Part shown: positions 1 through 8,070 of the stretch, in pieces
How positions within the stretch are numbered: position 1 is the stretch's first letter
How the letters are laid out: the number at the start of each line of letters is the position of its first letter
Notes under the pieces: generated by a model
What the model saw: the letters and a program-made list of their open reading frames with translations, nothing else
The model's database searches: none
What the model was told of the DNA's origin: nothing
Sequence record: MW960036.1
Length of the DNA: 24,000 bases
Direction: 5' to 3' (one strand)
From: Rhizobium phage RHph_X2_28B
Translations under genes and position numbers: made by a program

Positions 1-108
1 GTTCTTACAGCTTTCACAGATACCTATGTACCTCACTGGGAGGGATCTACTCCCATCTATTCATTCCGTATTAGACCTAAATGGACTAATGCTAGACTAG
101 CTGCTTAA
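1..108 (+). CDS. C-terminal fragment of an upstream protein, probably virion-associated (partial at the window edge)
   Basis: Frame 1 is open from base 1 and reads ...VLTAFTDTYVPHWEGSTPIYSFRIRPKWTNARLAA*, with TAA at 106-108. An SD-like aaggag follows directly before the next ATG. Confidence 0.55.
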   Translation, partial: VLTAFTDTYVPHWEGSTPIYSFRIRPKWTNARLAA

Positions 109-118
109 GGAGAAAGAA

Positions 119-340
119 ATGGGTGAAGCTAAGAACAATCCTGTCTGGAAACCTCATGAACGAGTAACTAAAGAGTACGCTGACAGTTATCAGTGGTGGG
201 CAGAATTTCTATCAGCACGTCTCAATGCAATTGATGCAATGAGGCAACTCGGTAAGAGCGAAGAAGAAATCACTAGGGTACTTAGCTTTAGTGATCCTGA
301 TCACGTAAAACGACTAATGATTGTCAATCTCATTGACTAG
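119..340 (+). CDS. hypothetical protein (73 aa)
   Basis: Complete ORF with SD AAGGAG 5' of the ATG, followed by a terminator hairpin. Confidence 0.7.
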   Translation: MGEAKNNPVWKPHERVTKEYADSYQWWAEFLSARLNAIDAMRQLGKSEEEITRVLSFSDPDHVKRLMIVNLID

Positions 341-346
341 AATTCT

Positions 347-382
347 CCCCATCTCCCTAATCGGAGGTGGGGTTTATTTTTT
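347..382 (+). terminator. Rho-independent terminator
   Basis: CCCCATCTCC (347-356) pairs with GGAGGTGGGG (363-372), 10 bp with one G.U, followed by TTTATTTTTT. Confidence 0.85.
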
Positions 383-447
383 CCTCAATTCCTAATAAGT
401 TCCTTGTGCTTAAGCTCAATTGGTTCGAACCAAGAAAGGACTATTTA

Positions 448-946
448 ATGCCTACATTTCAGGTAGCCTGGAATCCTACGACTAACGACTAAGGTCGCTA
501 AGGTCCAGAAAGATGGTGATGCTCCGGGAGCAGGATTCACTGATATCGGATCCTTTGATCACGTTGCTGACGATCCACAGGATCAGCTTGGTGATGGCGA
601 TAACCATGTGTTCTATCATCATGTTCGTGATCTGCTCTATAAAGCATCTCCAAGCGTACAGGATATGCAACGAGTGAATATCCAGATGGCATACCTCACT
701 GGTATCTCTGTTGCTCCTGCTACAGCGAACCTTGCCAACTCTGGTACTCAACAGCTTACGGTGACATTCACTCCTGCTGATGCAGCTAACCGTGATGTGA
801 TCTACACCACGAGTGATGCTACCAAGGCTACTGTGTCTGCCTCTGGCCTCATTACTGCTAGTGCTACGAATGATGGTGAAGTTACGATCACTGCAACATC
901 TGTTGATGGTGGATTCACAGATACCTGTGTTGTCACTGTAGCTTAG
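448..946 (+). pseudogene. Ig-like/BIG2-domain phage virion-type protein; the ORF is interrupted by a 7-bp tandem duplication (or a +1 frameshift site)
   Basis: ATG 448 with SD AAAGGA reads MPTFQVAWNPTTND* (stop 490-492). Frame 2 is open through this region to TAA 944-946. Removing one copy of ACGACTA (478-484/485-491) joins them as MPTFQVAWNPTTKVAKVQKDGDAPGAGFTDIGSFDH...VFYHHVRDLLYKASPSVQDMQ...GISVAPATANLANSGTQQLTVTFTPADAANRDVIYTTSDATKATVSASGLITASATNDGEVTITATSVDGG, the tail being typical of BIG2/Ig-like repeats. Confidence 0.65.
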
Positions 947-970
947 TCACCTTGAGTTAGTCATACTCTT

Positions 971-1001
971 AGCCCATCCCAATAACGGGGTGGGCTTTTT
1001 T
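971..1001 (+). terminator. Rho-independent terminator
   Basis: AGCCCATCCC (971-980) pairs with GGGGTGGGCT (987-996), followed by a T run. Confidence 0.85.
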
Positions 1002-1016
1002 AATTAGAGGTGACTA

Positions 1017-2243
1017 ATGCTAACGCAATTTCCAGCAACAGATATAACGACTTCACTAGATCTTCTGCCTAGAATGATCGAAGTCTTTACGCATCTAAGA
1101 GACAATCTCACTCCTAAAGTGAGCATGGTAGATGCTTATGTGCTTCCTAATGCAATGGAAGCTCGACTCAAAGTTCGTCTCTCTGGTTCTCCTCGTAACC
1201 TTGTGCAAGGAACCTATCTCACAAGGAATGGTATCGGAACCAACGAAGGAACTAATTACGTCCGTACAGGAGGTAAATTCAAGTTCTGGCCTGGACAAGA
1301 TATTGAACAAGAGATTGTCATCCCACTGAAGGGAAACAATCAAGTTGGTGACACTATCGATTGTATCATCTCATCCACTCTCCAAGGTGCTTCCAATGGA
1401 GATATGGTTGGTACAGTCCGATTCGTAGACAACATTCCTGCTGGTGTAAAAGCTGGATTCAAACTCGACTGGGAACACAATTTCATTGATGGATTCAAAG
1501 TCTCTGATACAGGTTTTCAATCCGACGGTTCCACTTGCTGGCAATCTCGTCCTCATCATGGACGTGATCAGGTAGGCAACAAAGAGCTTGGTCTCTATGT
1601 GGATCCAATGATTTATCCACAGACAAATCCTTTTCCAATCGTTGATGGAAAGCGTGTCCTTCGCTCTGAGAAGCTGGAAACCCCTATTATCTATGATGGT
1701 AAGAGCTTCAACTATACAGCTTCCATGATCACCACTCGCAAGATGCGAATCCTTGAGGTAGGTGATCGAGTGGAAGCACGCTATGCCATGCCTGTGCTCG
1801 GTTCTCGTGCTGCTTGGCCTGCCTTCTGGCTCCTAGCTACCAACGACAACTGGAACAATGACTATCGTGAAATCGATGGTCTGGAATGGCCTATCAACGC
1901 TACCCACAATGCTTGGACCTATTTCATCACCCAGCATTGGCGTTCGTCCTTTGGATCGCACCAGCAGCTTAGCTACCCTATCGACATTCGTGATTCGGAT
2001 ATCGCTGTCACCGAGGATCTCACCAATTTCCATACCTATGGTATTGAGGTGACTCAGCAGGAAATCCGCTATGATATCGATGGAAAACGTACCGCAGTCA
2101 TGGAGAATCGTGCTCCAACTGCTAGCTGGTATGTGCTATTGAATATGGCATTCGGAGGCACTTGGCCTGGATCCCCAACCGTTGATACGAGGTACCCAAA
2201 CGACATGATCCTAGACTGGATCAGGTTCTACAAACCACTCTAA
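1017..2243 (+). CDS. Glycoside hydrolase family 16-like protein (possible tail-associated depolymerase)
   Basis: C-terminal half carries the GH16 catalytic signature (AAWPAFWLL...YREIDGLEW) and the family-typical ending WYVLLNMAFGGTWPGSP...MILDWIRFYK. The N-terminal half (~150 aa) has no obvious known domain. Confidence 0.8.
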   Translation: MLTQFPATDITTSLDLLPRMIEVFTHLRDNLTPKVSMVDAYVLPNAMEARLKVRLSGSPRNLVQGTYLTRNGIGTNEGTNYVRTGGKFKFWPGQDIEQEIVIPLKGNNQVGDTIDCIISSTLQGASNGDMVGTVRFVDNIPAGVKAGFKLDWEHNFIDGFKVSDTGFQSDGSTCWQSRPHHGRDQVGNKELGLYVDPMIYPQTNPFPIVDGKRVLRSEKLETPIIYDGKSFNYTASMITTRKMRILEVGDRVEARYAMPVLGSRAAWPAFWLLATNDNWNNDYREIDGLEWPINATHNAWTYFITQHWRSSFGSHQQLSYPIDIRDSDIAVTEDLTNFHTYGIEVTQQEIRYDIDGKRTAVMENRAPTASWYVLLNMAFGGTWPGSPTVDTRYPNDMILDWIRFYKPL

Positions 2244-2269
2244 ATCCATAGGGTATCAAGAGTTCTTCC

Positions 2270-2292
2270 TTGGTTCAGTAAGTCTGAGCCAA
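2270..2292 (+). repeat. Inverted repeat / RNA hairpin in a non-coding gap
   Basis: TTGGTTCAG (2270-2278) pairs with CTGAGCCAA (2284-2292), loop TAAGT. There is no T tract. Confidence 0.5.
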
Positions 2293-2447
2293 CTGCCAAG
2301 CAATAGCTGGGTCGATAAAGGCTTACCCCATGATTGATGGTTCAAATCCATCCGCCTAGTCAGGTTGTTAGATGGGATGGTCACAGGCAAGGCAGCGTCA
2401 TATGGCGCACATGGCATGGTCTCAGCTACTGAACCAAGGAGGATCAA

Positions 2448-2696
2448 ATGGATAACATTTACGTACTCATGACTTGCACTTGGACCTTTGATTTTGGTCC
2501 TGATGGGCATGAAGAAAAGGCTCTCAAAGTCGATGATGAGCACGAACTTCATTCTGTTTATGCATCAGCAGAAGAAGCTCAAAAGGCAGCAAAATATTGG
2601 AAACATCAGGATGAACGTAGTGGACTAATTAGTAGTCGCTACTGGGTAACATCACTACCTGTTTTGACCAAAGCTCCTGTTGAGGATGAATCATGA
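2448..2696 (+). CDS. hypothetical protein (82 aa)
   Basis: Complete ORF with strong SD (AAGGAGG) inside the recurring GAACCAAGGA leader motif. Confidence 0.7.
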   Translation: MDNIYVLMTCTWTFDFGPDGHEEKALKVDDEHELHSVYASAEEAQKAAKYWKHQDERSGLISSRYWVTSLPVLTKAPVEDES

Positions 2697-2884
2697 AGTA
2701 CAAGATCGTATGTACCCTGTGTGGTAGCGACGATGTTAAACGAGATGCTTGGGCTTCCTGGGATAAAGATAAACAGGAATGGGTTCTCGATGATATTTTC
2801 GACAGTTGTTTTTGTGAGAACTGCAATAGCACCAGCGATACTCTGTTAAAGCGAGTAACCATTAAAACAGGAGAAACTATCTAA
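2693..2884 (+). CDS. Small zinc-ribbon-like protein (63 aa)
   Basis: ATGA overlap with the previous gene. CTLCGSDD near the N-terminus and CFCENCN further on give CxxC...CxC/CxxC spacing. Confidence 0.6.
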   Translation: MKYKIVCTLCGSDDVKRDAWASWDKDKQEWVLDDIFDSCFCENCNSTSDTLLKRVTIKTGETI

Positions 2885-3141
2885 TGGTTATCGAATCCGA
2901 ACTCAAAAACGTGAAGATCACACTTGCTCAAACAGCAGCACTTCATAGGGTTTTCAATCGAAACCCTCTCTATCTTCACTCTTCTGGTATGACACACGCT
3001 CACCCAGAAACAGTTAATCAAGAACAACTCACATTTGATGATTTCATCAAGCTCACCGGAATAGGCTCCTATGATTGTGTCATGGTGCCTTGGAACGGGA
3101 TGTGGTTGGGAATTGAGACTGACGGGCATACTCACAGTTAG
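2884..3141 (+). CDS. hypothetical protein (85 aa)
   Basis: TAATG stop/start overlap with the previous ORF. It ends just before the GAACCAAGGA motif. Confidence 0.65.
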   Translation: MVIESELKNVKITLAQTAALHRVFNRNPLYLHSSGMTHAHPETVNQEQLTFDDFIKLTGIGSYDCVMVPWNGMWLGIETDGHTHS

Positions 3142-3160
3142 AACCAAGGAAGAATAAGAA

Positions 3161-4231
3161 ATGACTATCCACGCATACAAATGCAACTCTCGTCAAATTA
3201 AGGATTACCTCATTGATTGTTATGAGGCTCAGGTAACTCCTTTCATCCAATCTTCCCCAGGTATGGGTAAATCTGCTCTCGTCCATGCCTTTGCTGACGA
3301 GTATGGTCTTGAACTCATTGACCATCGTCTTTCGACTTCCCTACCAGAAGACTTGTCTGGTCTTCCTGACCTTTCAGGTGAGAAAGCTAAGTTCAAGCCT
3401 TTCGATTTTCTCCCCATCAAGGGAGATCCTGTTCCTAAGAATAAGGAAGGTTGGCTTCTCTTCCTGGATGAGTTCAACTCAGCAAAGAAGGAAGTCCAAG
3501 CTGCTGCCTATAAGCTCATCCTGGATCGGATGACTGGTCAGCATAAGCTTCATGAGAAAGTAGTTATTGTCTGTGCTGGTAACCTTGCCACTGACAGAGC
3601 TATTGTTAATCCTCTATCCACTGCAATGCAGTCTCGTGTCATTCATCTTGAGATGGAACTCATCTTCAAGATCTTCATGCAGGATGTTGCTATCCCTCAG
3701 ATGTGGGATCCTCGGGTCATGGCTTACCTTAATTATAAGGAAGATGACCTCATGGACTTCAAACCTGATCACAATGATAAAACATTCTGCTGCCCTCGGA
3801 CTTGGGATTTCACTCAACGTCTGATCAAGGGAAAGACCTTCAACACAGTCCAGAAAGAAGATGGTACTTACTACTTCGAAATGGACAATAAGGCACCCTT
3901 GCTGGCAGGCACCATCACTTCAGGTAAGGCCGTATCCTTCATCCGATTCTCTGAGATCGGTCAGAAAATGCCTACCATTCGAGAGATCGTCAATGATCCA
4001 AAGGGAACACCAGTTCCTATGGAACCTGAGATCCGTTGGTGCACCATCACTCATGTCGTAGAGAAGCTTCAAGAAGACACCTTCGAGAACATTGCAACCT
4101 ATATCAATAGGTTCGATGCTAACTTTCGAGTTCTATTCTTCAGGAGCTTGCTCGTTCATCAACCGAAGTTGCGGCATCACCCAGTTCTTGCTAGTGCCGC
4201 GCTGGAACTAGCGAAGTATCTCAATGACTGA
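3161..4231 (+). CDS. MoxR-type AAA+ ATPase
   Basis: Walker A SSPGMGKSAL, Walker B WLLFLDEFNSA, and the sequence around LSTSLPEDLSGLP...AGNLATDRAIVNPLSTAMQSRVIHLEM, characteristic of MoxR-family AAA+ proteins. Confidence 0.85.
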   Translation: MTIHAYKCNSRQIKDYLIDCYEAQVTPFIQSSPGMGKSALVHAFADEYGLELIDHRLSTSLPEDLSGLPDLSGEKAKFKPFDFLPIKGDPVPKNKEGWLLFLDEFNSAKKEVQAAAYKLILDRMTGQHKLHEKVVIVCAGNLATDRAIVNPLSTAMQSRVIHLEMELIFKIFMQDVAIPQMWDPRVMAYLNYKEDDLMDFKPDHNDKTFCCPRTWDFTQRLIKGKTFNTVQKEDGTYYFEMDNKAPLLAGTITSGKAVSFIRFSEIGQKMPTIREIVNDPKGTPVPMEPEIRWCTITHVVEKLQEDTFENIATYINRFDANFRVLFFRSLLVHQPKLRHHPVLASAALELAKYLND

Positions 4232-5384
4232 CACCCCTAAACCCATCATCAATGCTGACCTGGATTTTGACAGACTCAATAAGGAACTCGACAAGGTAAA
4301 GACTAGGGTATTCCTTGGACGGAATGCCTCTTTCCTTGGTTCCCTGATGTGCAGTCTGAATTTCACCTGGACATCAGATATCCAGACAGCTTGTACCAAT
4401 GGGATTTCACTCTGGTGGAATCCCTACCTCTTCATGAAGCAGGATGCCAAGACCAATGAGACAATGCTCATTCATGAGCTTTGGCACCCTGCCGAATTAG
4501 ACATGCTTCGTCGTGGCAATAGAGATCCTTACCGATGGAACATTGCTGCCGACATTAGAATCAACAACCGACTGAGTAGGCAAGGCTATTACATGGGAGG
4601 ATTCCCATGGTGTATGGACCTTACCTATCCAGAAGGTATCTCTGCTGAAGAGATCTATGAGGATCTTGAAAAGAAGGATCAAGAAGCTTGGGATGAGATG
4701 CTCAAGAACTGGGAACCAGATCTAATTGAGCCAGATGACCTTAGCACTGCCGATGAGATGAATATCATTGGTAAAGTGGTCAAAGCTTCTCAAGTAGCTC
4801 AGATGGCGGGTGAAGACCTACCAGGTGATGTACAGAAGATCCTTAAGCAATTCCTCACTCCTAAGATTCCTTGGGAGCAGATGTTCTATCGATTCTTCGA
4901 TACTCATCTCAATGAGTATTCCTATAGTCTTCGTCGTCCTAATAGACGATACCCTGATGACTATATGCCAAGCCTTCTTCCAGATGAAGGTCTGGTGCAT
5001 ATCATGTGCTTCATGGATGTTTCTGGATCCATCCTGGATGGATACAAAGTCCGATTCAATTCGGAAATGAAGTATGTGAAGGAAACCTTCAATCCTGAGA
5101 CATTCACTCTGGCTCAATTCGATACCAGAATTTCCAGAGTCGATGTGTTTACGGACAATGATCCCTTTGAGGAAATCATGATCCATGGTGGGGGAGGCAC
5201 TAGCCTCAGACCTGTTCGTGAGTACATCATGGAACACAAGCCCACTCTAGTCGTCATCTTCTCAGATCTTGAATGTGCACCTATGGAACCCTTGGTTGGT
5301 CATGATTGCCCGATCCTGTGGGTAACCATCAACAACCCTGCTGTAAAGCCTAGCTTTGGAGAGCAGTTCCATATTAAGGAGTAA
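4224..5384 (+). CDS. VWA-like domain protein with a HELWH metallopeptidase-like motif (DUF2201/COG3864-like)
   Basis: MLIHELWHPAELDMLRRGNRDPYRWNIAADIRINNRL (HExxH-like), followed by MIDAS-like elements FMDVSGSI, GGGTSLRP and IFSDLE. It overlaps the MoxR gene by 8 nt. Confidence 0.82.
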   Translation: MTDTPKPIINADLDFDRLNKELDKVKTRVFLGRNASFLGSLMCSLNFTWTSDIQTACTNGISLWWNPYLFMKQDAKTNETMLIHELWHPAELDMLRRGNRDPYRWNIAADIRINNRLSRQGYYMGGFPWCMDLTYPEGISAEEIYEDLEKKDQEAWDEMLKNWEPDLIEPDDLSTADEMNIIGKVVKASQVAQMAGEDLPGDVQKILKQFLTPKIPWEQMFYRFFDTHLNEYSYSLRRPNRRYPDDYMPSLLPDEGLVHIMCFMDVSGSILDGYKVRFNSEMKYVKETFNPETFTLAQFDTRISRVDVFTDNDPFEEIMIHGGGGTSLRPVREYIMEHKPTLVVIFSDLECAPMEPLVGHDCPILWVTINNPAVKPSFGEQFHIKE

Positions 5385-5387
5385 TCA

Positions 5388-5633
5388 ATGTTCACTCTTC
5401 GACAAATGCCGGAAGATTTCAAATCTCGACATGACGAAGTAGCTACCCTTACGATGAGCGGTACAGAAATCATTGTGGGCAATATGGTTGCCAAAGATGA
5501 TGAAGCTCTTTTCATCTACCTAGATGAAATGCCTGATCCCGTCTACATGAGTATCTCAGAAGCAAAAATGCTGATTGCTGTCCTCAATGTAGCAATCAAT
5601 GAGCAAGAGAAACTAGGACCGAGAGTAGAGTAA
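5388..5633 (+). CDS. hypothetical protein (81 aa)
   Basis: SD AAGGAG upstream; stop TAA overlaps the next ATG by one base. Confidence 0.65.
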   Translation: MFTLRQMPEDFKSRHDEVATLTMSGTEIIVGNMVAKDDEALFIYLDEMPDPVYMSISEAKMLIAVLNVAINEQEKLGPRVE

Positions 5634-6223
5634 TGGTTATCAATGGTGAAACGCTCCTTCTTCTGGAGCCAATAAAGAATATGGCTCATACCAAGATTCA
5701 AGAGAATGGTGTGAGCTATGGTCTTTCTGAGGTAGGATACGATATCAGAATTAAACAAGAAGTTCGTTGGACTCCGCCAGATCCAATGAAGTTCATTAAA
5801 TACGTCCAATACCCCCCTGTTTCTCCAGAAGATTATAGACGAGCATTCTTTGGATACACCACTGTCTACAATGCAGATGGATCTTTTAAGGAAAGCATCG
5901 GGAGGACTGTTCTTGCTTCTTCAATCGAGAAATTCGATGTTCCCAAAAATCTTTGGGGAGAACTAAGAAACAAAAGCACTCATGCTCGATGCTTTCTTGA
6001 TGCATCTATCGGTACAGATATTGAACCAGGATGGAGAGGATTCTTGACCATTGAAATTATCTTTCATGGCAACGAACCTCTCACCATTCCTGCTGGTTCT
6101 GGGATGGCAAAAGTAGTGTTTCACCAAACACTTAATGTAGCAGGATATGAGGGCAAGTACCAAGATCAGGAGGATCGCCCCGTTGAATCAATCTTTAAGA
6201 ACGACAAGTCAAGCGATAGCTGA
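5633..6223 (+). CDS. dcd: dCTP deaminase / dUTPase-superfamily protein
   Basis: GYDIRI, VPKNLWGELRNKSTHARCFLDASIGTDIEPGWRGFLTIEI and YEGKYQDQ align with Dcd-family landmarks (GYD.R., KST.AR, EPGW.G..T.E, GKYQ.Q). Confidence 0.75.
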   Translation: MVINGETLLLLEPIKNMAHTKIQENGVSYGLSEVGYDIRIKQEVRWTPPDPMKFIKYVQYPPVSPEDYRRAFFGYTTVYNADGSFKESIGRTVLASSIEKFDVPKNLWGELRNKSTHARCFLDASIGTDIEPGWRGFLTIEIIFHGNEPLTIPAGSGMAKVVFHQTLNVAGYEGKYQDQEDRPVESIFKNDKSSDS

Positions 6224-6662
6224 AGACGCATTAGGATTCTACTATCGCTACTATGACGACTTGAAGGAAGTACAGCACTGGGGCTTTAACCTGGATACGT
6301 ACTACCCTCCTAGAGTCGAAATCAAACTAGAACAAATCCCCATCGTTAGGAGAACTCCTGGTGGGGTTTTCCTTTCTTATGCGACCTTCAATGATCCTTA
6401 CATCAGAGAACGGTTCGTAGCGAATTTCTGGCAAAAGAAATATGCTTGGCCTACTCTTTTTGAGGCAAGGAAAGACTTCCTGAGAAGGAAGCGTACCCAA
6501 TTCATAATCCATGAAGAACGAATGCAGAGAGCTAGAGCAGCACTCAACACAGCATCAATGGAATGGCAAATGCCTGTTGATGTAGCTCGTCATGCAACAC
6601 TGCAAGAAGTCTACGGTAAAGATATTGTCAAAGGAGAATTTGAAGATGACATCCCCTACTGA
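6183..6662 (+). CDS. hypothetical protein (about 159 aa; start uncertain)
   Basis: The track gives ATG 6147. TTG 6183 has a strong SD (AGGAGG, 6168-6173) at 9-nt spacing and shortens the overlap with dcd to 41 nt. Confidence 0.55.
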   Translation: MNQSLRTTSQAIAEDALGFYYRYYDDLKEVQHWGFNLDTYYPPRVEIKLEQIPIVRRTPGGVFLSYATFNDPYIRERFVANFWQKKYAWPTLFEARKDFLRRKRTQFIIHEERMQRARAALNTASMEWQMPVDVARHATLQEVYGKDIVKGEFEDDIPY

Positions 6663-7500
6663 GATTAACCGCCCCGAAGCTATCGGCGATGGGGTGGGGG
6701 TGGAGGAACTGGAAGACGCAGCGGAGGCCGGCTGGAATGCTTGCCGCCGGCAGGTCTATCTTCTCTCGGAAGATTACATTGAGCGCACCCATGCCTTGAA
6801 GAACGCCGAAACTGTGGAAGGCAACTTCTATCGCGGCCAGTATGATGTGGCAAAATCCTTCGCAAGGGCATTCAACGCCTTCGAAGCGCGCGACTGCGAT
6901 TATTTCAAGCAGATCGACTTTTCCGCCCTCTCCTCCCCACCACAGCCGGAACAGCCGGTAAGCGTGGTGGGAGGGTGGCACGATGGTGCACCCGGTAAGC
7001 CGTGGGCTGACGAGTGGTTCATCGCTGAAACCACGTATGGCGACCGCGTTGTTTTAGCCTCGCTCCCGGAAGGCTGGTCCTACGACTTCAAGACGGCCGA
7101 TGACGCATACATCAAGGCCGACAGGATCAAACGGTGGATGCAGTTTCCAGACAGCCAATACATTCCGCCAGCCACAGATAGACGAGACGCGCCGGAGCCG
7201 GTGCTCTTTGTCAGCGAGCAACAGCTAGCCTCTTGCATCGGTACTTATCTCCCGACGAGAAAGCATCGCGAGGGCAACTTCCAATTCCCCCTCTACGCCT
7301 CCCAGCCTTCAGACGCCGAGTTGGTGCGGATGCTCAAAGAGGCGTTGGAGCCGTTTGCGAAGGCTGCAGACGTCAAACTGTGCGGCGAGTGGCGTGATGA
7401 TGAGCGTTTCGGACAAACGGACGTATCGTTCTATCTCACCTTTGGCGACCTCCGCCGCGCCCGCGCCGCCCTTTCCGCGAAGGATGATAAAAATGGGTGA
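6646..7500 (+). CDS. GC-rich hypothetical cargo protein; N-terminal part unknown, middle part weakly DUF551-like
   Basis: ATG 6646 is in frame with the track ORF (6592) and preceded by AAGGAG. The middle region GWHDGAPGKPWADEWFIAETTYGDRVVLASLPEGW...IKRWMQFPDSQYIPP resembles short DUF551-type domains ending in a W-M-x-x-P motif. Base composition differs clearly from the flanks. Confidence 0.65.
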   Translation: MTSPTEINRPEAIGDGVGVEELEDAAEAGWNACRRQVYLLSEDYIERTHALKNAETVEGNFYRGQYDVAKSFARAFNAFEARDCDYFKQIDFSALSSPPQPEQPVSVVGGWHDGAPGKPWADEWFIAETTYGDRVVLASLPEGWSYDFKTADDAYIKADRIKRWMQFPDSQYIPPATDRRDAPEPVLFVSEQQLASCIGTYLPTRKHREGNFQFPLYASQPSDAELVRMLKEALEPFAKAADVKLCGEWRDDERFGQTDVSFYLTFGDLRRARAALSAKDDKNG

Positions 7501-7933
7501 ATTCAGGGTCAGAACTTATAATGGTTACAACAAAGAAAAATATGGTCAGCATCCTACAGAGCTAGTTTTCTCTGTCACTGGTTCTGAAGGTGCTATGGTC
7601 TGGAGACTGTCTACAGGTATCACTCCTAAAACTGGACCATACACATCAGGTGGTTCTAAGGAACGTAACCTGGAAGCACTCTACAACGTCAACATCAATG
7701 GTCCTACAGATATGGGTCTCTGTGCTCATTCAGAATTGAATGAACGCACTGTCCATGATGACTCACCTATCTCAGAATCCTGCGAATTCCTTGAAGGAAG
7801 GGCATGTGTCTGCGATTATCAAACAGGTCTTGCTGGCAAGGAACTCTTTCCAGCATTTGCCTGTGAAGGATTCGATGGCGTTAAAAAGATTCTCGAACAG
7901 AAGTATCGAGAACATTATGGGAAAGATCCTTAA
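7493..7933 (+). CDS. hypothetical protein (about 146 aa)
   Basis: The track ORF starts at 7355, but ATG 7493 overlaps the upstream stop (7498-7500). The protein begins MGEFRVRTYNGYNKEKYG. Confidence 0.65.
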   Translation: MGEFRVRTYNGYNKEKYGQHPTELVFSVTGSEGAMVWRLSTGITPKTGPYTSGGSKERNLEALYNVNINGPTDMGLCAHSELNERTVHDDSPISESCEFLEGRACVCDYQTGLAGKELFPAFACEGFDGVKKILEQKYREHYGKDP

Positions 7934-8070
7934 TGACTCAGTATGATATCAGCCTCACCAATAGAGGACATTGGCAAGTGAAGCGTAACGATTTCATTAT
8001 GTCAGTCTTTGGTACTCGAAAGCAGGCTGAAGACTATGTGAAGCTCAAACATGAACAAGAACAATCCTGA
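7933..8070 (+). CDS. Very small hypothetical protein (45 aa)
   Basis: TAATG overlap; MTQYDISLTNRGHWQVKRNDFIMSVFGTRKQAEDYVKLKHEQEQS*. It is below the size cut of the supplied track. Confidence 0.5.
   Translation: MTQYDISLTNRGHWQVKRNDFIMSVFGTRKQAEDYVKLKHEQEQS

Noticed and set aside
1095-2033. Alternative ORFs overlapping the GH16 gene on both strands (1095-1343 -, 1132-1329 +, 1371-1559 -, 1833-2033 -, 1858-2052 +)
   Set aside because: They overlap a gene with clear enzyme motifs and show no domain themselves.
2285-2362. Possible tRNA around the T-arm-like hairpin GATGG-TTCAAAT-CCATC
   Set aside because: No 7-bp acceptor partner for CGCCTAG, no D arm and no 5/7/5 anticodon arm at the right distance. 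Kept only as a structured-RNA finding.
6592-6645. N-terminal extension of the GC-rich gene in the ORF track (MQHCKKSTVKILSKENLK)
   Set aside because: It lies in the tail of the upstream gene. ATG 6646 has a well-placed AAGGAG and matches the operon's overlap style.
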